A DNA stretch of 64,000 bases. Origin: Euglena gracilis (taxonomy: Eukaryota). Position 1 is the first letter of the stretch. Each line of letters starts with the position of its first letter. Below the pieces are notes generated by a model that saw only the letters and a program-made list of their open reading frames with translations, was not told where the DNA came from and ran no database searches. The DNA lies in NCBI GenBank assembly GCA_039621445.1, contig CP154954.1, forward strand, positions 36,627,703-36,691,702, read 5' to 3'. Positions 34,725-45,159 of this stretch are shown here, piece by piece. The translations under genes were made by a program, and so were the position numbers.

Positions 34725-36546
34725 GTGGGGAGCCCCCCACCACCACCTCCCGCATTTCCGGGAGCGCCAATTCTCGAACCCTAAAGTTTTTCCCGGCGCC
34801 TTCGGCGTCAGGTGGACATCTGAAAAATGCTGTGCACCCGCCTTTCACGTTCTGCCCTGCCCGGGGGTCTTAAAAGAATCCTGGGGATCCGCTGGACGCG
34901 TCGGAAGCCCCCGGGGGGGGGGTCAGACCCCACCCCAGTTTGAAATTTGGAAGGGGAGCTCCGGATCGACCCGGGGGGGGGGAGGGGGATGCCCAGGACA
35001 GTTATTGGGAGTTTGCTCCGAAGAAAGGGTGAGAAGCGGGGTGGCCAGGTTTTGAACCAGACAGAACCAAGGTGCATCAAGGTGCCATTTGTCAATTGGG
35101 GCGTCCTCCCCCACAGGGATGAATGGGAAGCATTTCGGTATTGAGGTGGGGGAAGGAGTGGTCCCCCAGGCTTTCCCTCTCCGCCCCCCCCCCCCTCTTT
35201 GGAACGGAGGGGGCCCCAGCTGCCCCGATGTCCTGCGAGTTGGCTGGAAAAAAGTGCTGGCTGGACACCCCCCCTGGGGGCAGGGGTTAGCCAGCTTGGA
35301 ACTAGACCACCGCCCCCCCCAAATCAAGCTGAGACCAAAAATTCTGTGAATTTTTTGGCGTTTTTTGAATTTCTTTGTGAACAAAATGGTTGCTTTTATG
35401 AGCATGAATAATCATTTTTTCTCATCATCAGCATGGAAAAATTCCCCGGTGGAGTTGGAAATTCCCCAAGTCCTCTCCATCAGAAAGTGCACATCCGGGA
35501 GCTCCGAAAGGATTTTATGTGCGATTTGCGTTTTTTTGTGTTTTTTTTTTGCGCTCGATTGCAGGTTTTTGTGTTTTGCTTGTGTTGTGTTCTTTGAGGG
35601 TCCACGTTGGGTTCCCCCACTCATCAGTGGGTGGGGTGGTGGGGTTTGCCGGGGGGGTTCAAATTCAGCCCGGCGGGGATTCAGTAAGAAAAGAAGCCGC
35701 ATCCAGAACTTGGGGTCAATTGTGTCCCGTTCTCGAGTCTTCTGACTGATTGCAGCCATTTTCTTTGCTTTGCAGTTGTCAACGGACGGGGGAAGGAACA
35801 AAATTCTGGGTTGCGCCAAGAAAATGTTTTTTTTTGGACAGCCCATTTTATTCCAGTTGGGCCAGCTTGCGGGCCAGGCAGATGGGGACAGGGTTGGATG
35901 GGAAGCCCGTCGGTATTGAGGTAGGTGGTAGGGGGGGGTCGCTGAGCTCTTATCCCTTTATGGGTAAGAGCGAAGCTTACCCCTGACAAAACCTCCCCCC
36001 GCCCCCCCCCTGGGGGGCCCCCCCCGGGTCGGGGCCACCTCGGGAACCGACGGATTATCACCATGATCCCGGCCCGGTTCCCCGGAATTTTTTTTTAGTC
36101 GCGAGCGAATGGATCCCGACCACCCCCCCCCCTAAGGGGGGTAAGGTGGTGGGGGGGTCCGGACCCCCCCCACCACCCCTCCTTGACAGGTGCCAAAAAA
36201 ATGGCAGAAATTTTTCTTCCGGCGCTGCGCGCCGGAAAATGAGCAAAAAACACCCCTTTTGCTGACTTTTGGGGGGGGTTTGGGAAGGGTACAAATTTGC
36301 CAATTGCCCAGTTTTTTTGTGATGTGTTGGTGTGTTCCCCCCCCAAAAAAAAGTGTTCAAAAAATTTAAAAAATGAGCATTTTTGGATGGATTTTTTCAA
36401 AGAAAAACAAGGATTTTTTGACCGATTTGGACACGGTTTCCGGCCCTTTGCCCGTCCATGAAATCGAAAAATTTTCGGCCCCCCACCTCAGTTTCGAGGT
36501 ACGGAGGGTCCGACCCACCCCCCCCTCAAGGTTTCCCATCCAACCC

Positions 36547-36824
36547 AGGCTCATAAGCGACTGCGGGGAATTAAACCAGCAGTTCCACGTAAATCTTCCA
36601 AGCTGGATCACATCTTTCCATTTCTGGAAAAAGGCCACTGGACAGCCAAAATAGATTTAAAGGATGCCTATTTCCAGTAGGCCAGGCCCTAATGCCATTT
36701 TTGAGGCATCAGGTGGGGGGGGGAAAACTTGGGAGTTCCAAGCAGGCTGCTTTGGCCTGAACAAAATGCCCCAAATTTTCATGGGGGTCATGAAAACCTT
36801 CGAAAAGTTGTGGAGGAAAAGGGG
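36547..36824 (+). mobile_element. DIRS RT relic (frameshifted)
   Basis: RLISDCGELNQQF..FPFLEKGHWTAKIDLKDAYF..KTWEFQAGCFGLNKMPQIFMGVMKTFEKLWRKRG closely matches the RT at about 40.5-40.8 kb. Confidence 0.85.
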
Positions 36825-37154
36825 CTCATACTCCCTCGAGGAAGACCGAGAAGGGAGGGAGGGGCACCGAGGGCGAAGCACAAAGACATTGTGAGGCCAT
36901 GCCTTGCTCGCCCGGCGGTTTGTTGTGATTGTTTGGCGCGCTGGGTTAGGAGGTCCCGATTAGTGCCGCCCCGCCGGAATTGGCTGCATTGTCTCCGACG
37001 CGGCGACCGTGGCGTTGTTTCTTTGCCTGGGGTGGTCCCCCCCAGCTCCCCCCCTGGTCCCCATCATCTGATCGAGGGGGTTTGAAGACAAATTTTCTTA
37101 TATGGTTGGGGGGGTCGGGCTCACAATGTCTTTGTGCTTCGCCCTCGGTGCCCC
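36825..37154 (-). mobile_element. 3' terminus (extension, ITR, part of ICR) of a second DIRS copy
   Basis: Colinear with 37926-38260; a further ICR-like scrap lies at about 37305-37375. Confidence 0.85.
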
Positions 37155-37397
37155 GTCCACCAGTGTCGTTTTTACGCGAGGGAAATTTTCCAGCACATTT
37201 TTTTTAAGCCACTGTCGACATTTTGGGGGATAAAGCCAGTCCAAGCTGGGGGATGTGCTGGAGGACGCTGTGGTGAGGGGGAAATGAAGGCATGGGTGAG
37301 CTGGGCGGGCTCAAAAGGTCTTTGTTCTTCGCCCTCGGTGTCCCTGCCCCCTTGTCGATTTTTCCTCGAGGGAGTGCCAGCTTGCCAGCCCCGACTT

Positions 37398-37398
37398 T

Positions 37399-37435
<37 letters not shown>

Positions 37436-37702
37436 ATATAGATATTATACTATTTTTTTCTATATCTCTAATTATATCTATCTTATAGATTATCTATTTC
37501 TATCTCTATATCTATCTCTATAATTATTCTTCTCTCTATATCTCTCTTCTCTCTCTTATCTCTATTCTATCTCTCTCTATCTGTTCTCTTCTTCTTATGT
37601 GTGTGTGTCTCTCTCTCTCATGTCTGTTATCTCTCTCTTCTCTCTGTGTTCTCTCTCTCTCCTGTCGTATTCTCTATATCTATATCTCTCTTCTCTCTTT
37701 TT
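37398..37702. repeat. AT/CT low-complexity microsatellite tract
   Basis: (AT)n grading into (CT/CTAT)n. Confidence 0.9.
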
Positions 37703-38047
37703 TAATTCCAGTCGGCTCCCAGCCCGAATTTGGGCCGCTGGCTGGCTGGACCCCCAAGGAGGGGGTAGGGCACTCTCCGGCTTAGAAAATTCCCTGGGCG
37801 CCACAGGCAAGCGGTCGCTTGCCGCCCAAAAAAAAGTTTTTTTTTACGGCCAAAGACAGGAGCAAACATTTTCCACTTTTTGGGAGGGAGGCAATATTTT
37901 GGTGGGCGTGTTTTGGCCGGCCGCGCTCGTACTCCCTCGAGGCAGACCGAGAAGGGAGGAAGGGACACCGAGGACGAAGCACAAAGACATTGTGAGGCCA
38001 TGCCTTGCTCGCCGGCGGTTTGTTGTGTGATTGTTCGGTGCGCTGGG

Positions 38048-41000
38048 TTAGGAGGTCCCGCTTAGTGCCGCCTCGCCAGAGTTGGCTGCATTGTCTCCGA
38101 CGTGGCGACCATGGCGCTGTTTCTTTGCCTGGTGGGTTCCCCCCCCCACCTCCCCCCCCTGGCCCCCATCTTCTGACCGAGGGCGTTTGAAGACAAATTT
38201 TCTTAAATGGGTGGGGGGGTCGGGCTCACAATGTCTTTGTGCTTCGCCCTCGGTGTCCCTTCCTCCCTTCTCGGTCTGCCTCGAGGGAGTACGAGACACC
38301 TCGGGCTCCGCACTTTGCCATTGTGAGGCCAGATTGTGCACTGAAAAAAGGGGGGCCAGGGCATTCTCCAAAGAACCTTGGGCACCAAGTCTTTGATAAT
38401 GGGCTGTGAAAGCCTCCACCCCCTTCCATTGACCAATTTCACAAACTTCTTGGGCAGAAAGGCCCAATTTTTTGAGTAAACCAACCCCTGCCCCTCTGGT
38501 GGAGTGGGGTCCCCAAACCTGGGGGGGCACCCCCTGTTTGGTCAAAAAGTCTTTGGTGATAGAAGCAATGGTATCTGCCTTAATGGCTTTGTAGGGGGGT
38601 TTTAACGTAATCAAGAGGGGGCCCCCCGGTTTCATAAAGAAACGTGTTGCTGCCACATAAGACATCATTAAATGAAAGGGACTGATTTGGGGGCACTGGG
38701 GAATGGAGACAACTCTCTCCCACTTATGGAGTTTTTGACCTTTACGTTTAATTTTGATGTAGGGTGCCCCCCCCAACACACTGGTGGTTCTTTGGACCTG
38801 TGCCAAATCAGATGATCTGTATAAACAGAGGATTCGTGAACAGAAAATGAGTTGTGTACGCAATGTACATATATCAGAGGGCAGGGGGGACTGTGCCAGC
38901 CCCAGGAGGATTGGGAGGGGATCCCAGAATGCCCCATATTTCTCCAGGTTGTGGTTCCAAAGCCTTTTGTAAGGTGCCAACATGGCATGGAACCTCAGGC
39001 CCCCAAAGCCAGGGATCAAAAGCATCGCACTGTATGCATTGCGTGCTTGGGCCTTTGAAAATTGAAACAGTTGAATTAAAGCGTCAACCACTTGGTCAGT
39101 GGTGGCTTCAGGGGGGGGTACCCCCATTTTTTCCAGAATCACCCATAAAAGCGTAAAGGCACTTTGGTACCTTTTCAAACTGGGGTTTCTTCCCAGGAAA
39201 TCTGTAATGTTTGAATTTTGTATTTGTTTCCCCTCCAAAATTTTCCTGAGCAAATAATGCAAAGGAGGGGCCACCTGGGGGGTGGCATTTTTTCCCCCCT
39301 GCAATTGGTGAACATACCCTTGTAAGGGGTGATTTTCAGGCAGGGGGTCCCTGGTACTTTCATTTTTATTAATTGGGGCCACCATGTGGCTGAATCCCAG
39401 TAGGGGGTGACCATCAAAACTTCGGCTTTTGGAAACAGTCTTAATCTGGGGAGAAATTTTTGGATTACAGACCAGGGGGGGTTTGCATAAAGATCCCCCA
39501 TGTTGTCCAGTGGACATTGCAATGCATCCACTGCTGTGGCTTCCCAGTGGGGCCACCTGGCCACAAAATGTGGCAGTTTTTTGTTGCCTGGTGAGGCAAA
39601 AAGGTCTGTTTTTAGGCTGATGTGATTTTTGAACTGCTGCCTCAGCCATTGAAAAAGTTGGGGGTCCAGGGAATAATCCCCCCTGTCCATTTCCCACCTG
39701 CTTATGGGATCTGCCAGGCATTCCTTTGAAGGGACCCACTTTACTTGCAGGTTTATGTTGTGCTCCATGCACCATTTGAAAAAGGGTCTTAGCATGGAAT
39801 TGAAGGGGTCTTTTCTGCCCCCCCCCTTTTGTTAAGTAATAGTAAATTACTTGATTGTCCACTGACAGGGACACAGTTTCTCCTGGTTTGCTGAGGCTTT
39901 GAACGGTGCTTATTGCTGCACTTAATTCTTTGACGTTTATGTGCAAAATGGAGTTTTCCCTCCAAAATTCCTGCACAATTTTGCCTGTTCGAATGTCTAG
40001 CCCCCCCCAGGCATGGGTACTGCTGTCTGAGTGCAACTCTCTGTTGCATTTTGGGGTAAGGGTCTGCCCCCCCAGGTGTCCATCAGAATTTTTATCTCCC
40101 TTAATTGATCCTTTATCCTTTGGGAAATGGGGTGTTTTGAGTCCCAGGGGGCTGTGGAATTTTCCACCAAAAAATTTGCCAGGGCATCCGTAAAGGCCCT
40201 TAGAAAGGGCAGGGCCATTAGATTGCATCTGATTTGGCCCAAAATGGCAGCCAGTTGCCTTTTTGACATGTGATCTTTTTTCACCATTTTTCCCAGCTCC
40301 TTTTTTACGGTTTTTATTTTCTGGGGGGGCACCTGTAATTTTCCCTCTTGGAAGTTTAGTTGAAATCCAAGATGATTTACGATTTGGCTGGGCTGCAGGG
40401 TGGACTTTTTCACATTGATTTTGAACCCTGATTTGATTAAATCCCTGACGACTGTGTTCAGGTGATTTTGTAAGATGTTTTGTGTTGGGGCCACCAGTAA
40501 AATGTCGTCCAGGTAAATAAATACCTGGATGCCCCTTTTTCTCCACAGCTTTTCGAATGTCTTCATTACTGACATAAAAATTTGGGGCATTATATTTAGG
40601 CCAAAACAGCCTGCCTGGAATTCCCAGGTCTGCCCCCCCACCTGATGCCTTAAAAATGGCCTTAGGGCCTGGCTCACTGGTATGTGGAAGTAAGCATCCT
40701 TTAGGTCTATTTTGGATGCCCAGTGGCCTTTTTCCAACACTGGAAAAAAGTGCTGTACGTGATTCAGCTTGAAAGGTTTCACTTGGAACCTTTGATTTAT
40801 TTCCCTGCAATCGCTTATTAACCTCCATTTGGTCTGTCCCCCCTCTGGTTTTGAAATCAGAAACCAGGGGATCAGGTGCTGGGTGGTTGAATCCCTCACC
40901 CTCTTTACGGATCCAGATTTTTCGTAATCCAGCAGTATTTTTTCTGCTTGGGGTAGGTTCAAATTTGCTCTGATTTTTGGGTGGGTGGACAATTTTGGTG

Positions 41001-42229
41001 GGTTTACCCAAGGGGGTTGAATGCCATCCCTGATGAGTTGACATGTTGTTGGGGGGGCATTTTTTGTCCACCATTTCAAGCTTTTTTGCAACCTTTGATG
41101 GAGGGGGTGGTCTCCCCATTTCTCCTCCATGGAATTTATTTCCTGGATAAGATGATTTTGGGGGGGCTGGGCTGGGGGTGTTGGACATTGCACCCTTAGG
41201 GCCCCTAGGGCTTGAGCCCTTGGAAAGGGAAAGTTTTCCTGGGGGGGTGTGCATGCACTCTCCTCTCTTCTCACTCTCTCTCTGGAGGATCTTGTTGTTG
41301 GAGTGCATACCATAGGGCTTACTGCCCCTGTTTTGCCTATCAGGCCTCCTTGATGATGATGGTGTTGGTATCCATACCATAGGGGGGCCTCTGTGGGTCC
41401 CCCCCTTCTTGATTCCACTGGGGGATTTGAAGATTGATGAATAAATACTTGTGGGGGTCCTTCCCCTTCCCCCTGTTCCTCCTGGGGCTGGGCATTTGTT
41501 AAATACAAAGCCCCTGTGGGGCTGCCCTTTAGCTTCTGGGGGGCCTCTGGAGGTCCACCCCTTGTATGGCTGCCATAGCCCTTGGATTGGCCTCCTTGAA
41601 CCAAGCCCCTTTTGCTCTGGCCTCCATGGCCGGGGCTGTAAGTTCTGGCTTCTTGCCATGCCCAATTGAAATCTGGGGGAGCCCTGTTGCTGGGCCTCTC
41701 CCCTCCCCCCTGGAATGGGGTTGTGGGCTGAATTTGAAAAGGATGGTTGGTACAGACCTCTTTTGCCCCTTCCTGTGGGCTGCCATAGCCCTTGGATTGG
41801 TCTTCTGCTCCAGACTGGGCCATCTTCTGGCTTTCCAATGTTGTACTGGCCCCCTTGTCCCTTATTCCATCTTGATTGGTTGGGGGCATTTGCTCTGTGG
41901 GCTGGGGCGTTTGCTCTCTTGGCTGGGTCTGCCAATTTTGAAGGTTTCCTGCACCCCAATTTGAAATGTAATGGGTCTTGACCCTGGGTACCCAATGTCT
42001 TCCGCTGTCGTCTGGGCTTTTTGCCCACTGTCTGCCAGGGTCCATGGCCATCACTGTGTGTGGCTGTCTGCCGCTGAAAATTTTCTGCTGAGATGTGTGG
42101 GGGGGAAGTGATGGCCACGGTTCGCCACGTTGAAACCGCATCTCCGAGTTCTCCAGCTGGCGTTTCTTGTTCTGCACTGTGTCCAGGTTGTCGACTTGAT
42201 AATTCCAATTTCTTCTCCACATGCTGCAT
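38048..42229 (-). CDS. DIRS long overlapping ORF ending in a tyrosine recombinase domain (about 38330-39250)
   Basis: Catalytic set LYRSSDL ... PHSTRGAG ... IGQW ... TAHY. First ATG at 42229. The N-terminal part is low-complexity and resembles a gag tail. Confidence 0.85.
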   Translation of the reverse strand: MQHVEKKLELSSRQPGHSAEQETPAGELGDAVSTWRTVAITSPPHISAENFQRQTATHSDGHGPWQTVGKKPRRQRKTLGTQGQDPLHFKLGCRKPSKLADPAKRANAPAHRANAPNQSRWNKGQGGQYNIGKPEDGPVWSRRPIQGLWQPTGRGKRGLYQPSFSNSAHNPIPGGRGEAQQQGSPRFQLGMARSQNLQPRPWRPEQKGLGSRRPIQGLWQPYKGWTSRGPPEAKGQPHRGFVFNKCPAPGGTGGRGRTPTSIYSSIFKSPSGIKKGGTHRGPPMVWIPTPSSSRRPDRQNRGSKPYGMHSNNKILQRESEKRGECMHTPPGKLSLSKGSSPRGPKGAMSNTPSPAPPKSSYPGNKFHGGEMGRPPPPSKVAKKLEMVDKKCPPNNMSTHQGWHSTPLGKPTKIVHPPKNQSKFEPTPSRKNTAGLRKIWIRKEGEGFNHPAPDPLVSDFKTRGGTDQMEVNKRLQGNKSKVPSETFQAESRTALFSSVGKRPLGIQNRPKGCLLPHTSEPGPKAIFKASGGGADLGIPGRLFWPKYNAPNFYVSNEDIRKAVEKKGHPGIYLPGRHFTGGPNTKHLTKSPEHSRQGFNQIRVQNQCEKVHPAAQPNRKSSWISTKLPRGKITGAPPENKNRKKGAGKNGEKRSHVKKATGCHFGPNQMQSNGPALSKGLYGCPGKFFGGKFHSPLGLKTPHFPKDKGSIKGDKNSDGHLGGQTLTPKCNRELHSDSSTHAWGGLDIRTGKIVQEFWRENSILHINVKELSAAISTVQSLSKPGETVSLSVDNQVIYYYLTKGGGQKRPLQFHAKTLFQMVHGAQHKPASKVGPFKGMPGRSHKQVGNGQGGLFPGPPTFSMAEAAVQKSHQPKNRPFCLTRQQKTATFCGQVAPLGSHSSGCIAMSTGQHGGSLCKPPLVCNPKISPQIKTVSKSRSFDGHPLLGFSHMVAPINKNESTRDPLPENHPLQGYVHQLQGGKNATPQVAPPLHYLLRKILEGKQIQNSNITDFLGRNPSLKRYQSAFTLLWVILEKMGVPPPEATTDQVVDALIQLFQFSKAQARNAYSAMLLIPGFGGLRFHAMLAPYKRLWNHNLEKYGAFWDPLPILLGLAQSPLPSDICTLRTQLIFCSRILCLYRSSDLAQVQRTTSVLGGAPYIKIKRKGQKLHKWERVVSIPQCPQISPFHLMMSYVAATRFFMKPGGPLLITLKPPYKAIKADTIASITKDFLTKQGVPPQVWGPHSTRGAGVGLLKKLGLSAQEVCEIGQWKGVEAFTAHYQRLGAQGSLENALAPLFSVHNLASQWQSAEPEVSRTPSRQTEKGGRDTEGEAQRHCEPDPPTHLRKFVFKRPRSEDGGQGGEVGGGTHQAKKQRHGRHVGDNAANSGEAALSGTS
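38225..38331. other. DIRS internal complementary region (ICR)
   Basis: 38225-38295 complements 37926-37996 and 38295-38331 complements 42474-42510. Confidence 0.92.
39175..42222 (-). CDS. DIRS pol: reverse transcriptase, RNase H and DNA N6-adenine methyltransferase, with two compensating frameshifts
   Basis: RT: KWRLISDCREIN, IDLKDAYFHI, CFGL, IYLDDILL, HLGF. RNase H: LHSDSSTHAWGG, HINVKEL, VDNQV, LADPISR. MT: DLFASPGN, YANPPW. ORFs 39997-42222 and 39175-39795 share a frame; the middle of RNase H (about 39820-40055) is read in the neighbouring frame. Confidence 0.9.
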
Positions 42230-43689
42230 TGACTTCAAATGTCAAAGTTGAAATATTTTCTTGAATTTGATATTCTTCAGGTTCTACAGGTTCTGAATAT
42301 TGATATTGTATTGTCTTGATCTCTTCCAACTCTGTTCTTCAAAGTTTTTGTCTTCTTCCGTGTCGAAGGGCAAGATTAGGAATCAGCCAACTCCGGCGAA
42401 GAAAGGCACTAAGCGGGACCTCCTAACCCAGCGCACCGAACAATCACACAACAAACCGCCGGCGAGCAAGGCATGGCCTCACAATGGCAAAGTGCGGAGC
42501 CCGAGGTGTCCTGTTGGACACGGGGGTGCCAACGACTACTTCACTCAATTCCAAATCCAGAGAGTTAGATCCTGCGGCCCCCTCCCCCCGCCCCCCTCCC
42601 CCCTCCCCCCGCCCCCTCCCCCCACCCCCCTTCCCCCCTCCCCCCTACCCCCTACCCTCCCCCGCTCCCCAATAACAACATCCCTTTGTGTGGACAAAGT
42701 TTGGCGGACATGGCGTAAATAGCAAACGGGTAAACGGTAAAAGCAAATAAGGCGGACATGGCGTTTTTGTTGGTGGACATGGCGAAAACAGCAAATGGGT
42801 AAACGGTAAAAGCAAAATCAGGCAGACATGGCGTTTTTGTGGCAAATGGATGAATGGTTTTCAACAAGATTGGCAGACATGGCATTATATAGCGAACGGG
42901 TAAACGCTAAATGCAAAATAAGGAGGCAAATGGATAAATAGTTTTCAACAAGTTTGGCGCAGGGCGGTCCTTAAGGAAATAAAAAAACAAAATTCTGCCG
43001 TCCCACACTCAATAAAAAATACAGGAAAAATGGGCAAAGAAATTTGGCATTCTTCGGCGACAACAGGTCGATATCAGGGGGAAAAACTGATTATTGCCAT
43101 CCTGTGACCATCGACCAATCCACCCAAATCATCAAAAAGTGTGTTTTTTTGGACTTTTTAATTTTGGACCCCGTTCAAATCCCAGTCCTGCCCTTGGTCG
43201 GCCCTTTGGCCGAAAGAGGGGCGGTGCTTAAGAAAATTAAAAAAAAACTTTCCTGGCCCTTAAAGACTGCCCTGGTTTGGCGGACATGGCGTAAATGGCA
43301 AACGGTTAAATGGTAAAATAAAAATTAGGAGGACATGGCATTTTTGTTGCAAATAGATTTTTGGTTTTCAACAAGTTTGACATGGCGTATACAGTAAACG
43401 GGTAAACGGTAAAGCGGTGCGATACCAGACATGGCCTGTGTACAACAGTGGTTACCTCCGAGGAGCCTCCGCGGAGGCTCCGCGGAGGCTCCAAGGTAAC
43501 CAGGCTCCGCGGAGGCTCCAAGGTAACCAGGCTCCGCGGAGCCTCCTCGGAGCCTAAGGTAACCAGGCTCCGCGGAGGCTCCTCGGAGGCTAGGTAACCA
43601 AAACTTAGGATTCCACATTTGCTGGGACCCTCCGCTGACCAATTTCACACACCAACGCTGAACTTAAACCCAATTTTTTCATCATGTTG

Positions 43690-44470
43690 CCTCCTGCCCT
43701 GCTTTTTCAATGGGGCCCCAACTAGCCAAGTACGAGAAGCAATTCCAAATTCTTCTACGGCATTCTTTTGTCAAAGATGCCATGGTGTCTGCCTTGACAC
43801 CTCTGAAGGGGGGGTTGGAGAGTCAAAAACAAAAGGTGGAGGGGGAGATTTGGGGGATTTCCTGAAAAGAAAGCATTCGCCCCCATTTTGCAATTTTTTT
43901 GTCCCTTTCGCCCAATTTTTTCATGTGGTGTTGAGCAAAGTAAACGTGCACATCTTTTCATTTCTGACAAATCGGAAGATTTGAGAAACATTAAAAGGCG
44001 ACAAAAAACAATGACTTGTAAACGTAAGAGTGACAGGTTGTTTCGCAGTGACTCAAATGAAATTGAGGCCAGATGCCTCAGCAGAGGCCAGGGAACGCAG
44101 AAAGCACCATTTTTCTGAATGTTTTTGTCCACGCTTTTTTGTACGGATTCAAAAGGGGGTGAAATCTCAACCCCTGGCAACAGTAGCACTCCTGAGTAAG
44201 CATTTATGGCCTGTGTGTGGGATATTTTGAATAATTGCACAATACCATCAGAAATATCATCAGATGATGCCTGGTGGGGGGACACCCCCCAGCAGGAGGA
44301 TGTTCCTGAGTTGCGTGAAGCCACTCACTCTGATATCTTTTGTGCGTTTTTGCAGAAATGGTGGAAGGCACTTAGACAGCAGCGCCAGAAAAACAATTCC
44401 TTCATAAAAATGCAAAAGAGCTCCTGGTTGCCACAAACGCAGTCAGATCCCTGGCAAAAAGAAAAAAACG
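43690..44470 (-). mobile_element. Diverged DIRS tyrosine recombinase relic
   Basis: GVSPHQASSDDISDGIVQLFKISHTQAINAYSGVLLLPG..GAFCVPWPLL..LRLQVIVFCRLLMFLKSSDL..RKGQK aligns by eye with the YR of the intact element. Confidence 0.8.
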
Positions 44471-44489
44471 ACAGAGTTTGCCTGTGACC

Positions 44490-44785
44490 CTCCAGAAACA
44501 TCTTTTCGCCTCCCCAGGAAGCAAAAAAAGCTAGCAGATTTTGTGTCCAGGAGGCCCCATTGAGAGGCAAAGGCAACAGATGGCCTGCAGTGTCCACTGG
44601 AAATCCTGGGGGCGCTATGCCAACCCTCCCTGGTCCATCATTCAAAATTTTCTTGCCAGGCTGCAGCCTTTTCCCACAACCAAAGTTTTGATGGTGGTCC
44701 CCTTTTTGGCTTCAGCATCATGGTGGCCCCTATTCAAAAGGCTGAAGGCACCTCACACACCTTGTGTCAAGGTAAACCCTTACGT
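44490..44785 (+). mobile_element. Diverged DIRS methyltransferase relic, inverted relative to the adjacent YR relic
   Basis: FASPGSKK..YANPPWSIIQNFLARLQPFPTTKVLMVVPFLASASWWPL..PHTPCVKVNPY. Confidence 0.82.
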
Positions 44786-45159
44786 ATGTATATACCCCGC
44801 CTCCCCCCAAATCCCCTTATTTCTGCATTTAGGTAGGTTTTTGGCCGGAAATTTCAGAGACATGAAAGCAACTGTTTTTCTTATTATTTATCATTGTATG
44901 TGACACATTTGGACAATTTTCGATGTCCCAATTTGGAAAAATGTGCCAAGAAACTTTTATTGAAAGCAAATGAGAAAAAGGCCAAAAAATTGGACCATTT
45001 GTTAGAAGCACAAAGAAAAGTGGGGGAGGTTCAGTTGCCAAAACGGTCATTCATTCAGTCATGAACTTCTGCACTTCTGGGGGGATTTTCAAAAATGGCA
45101 ATTAAAATGTCTCAAACTTAATGGTAATTAAAACTTTCTCAAATGAAAAAAGCTCATAC

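Larger units (their letters stand above)
37926..42510 (-). mobile_element. Full-length DIRS1-type tyrosine-recombinase retrotransposon (4585 bp)
   Basis: ITRs at 42384-42486 and 37988-38088; non-identical extensions at 42487-42510 and 37926-37987; ICR at 38225-38331 is the reverse complement of both termini joined; encodes RT, RNase H, MT and YR; no TSD. Confidence 0.95.

Noticed and set aside
38048-42238. 1396-aa ORF as a genuine RNase H-tyrosine recombinase fusion
   Set aside because: The RNase H segment enters this frame only through two compensating 1-nt indels, one in a G9 run; it belongs to the RT-RH-MT frame.
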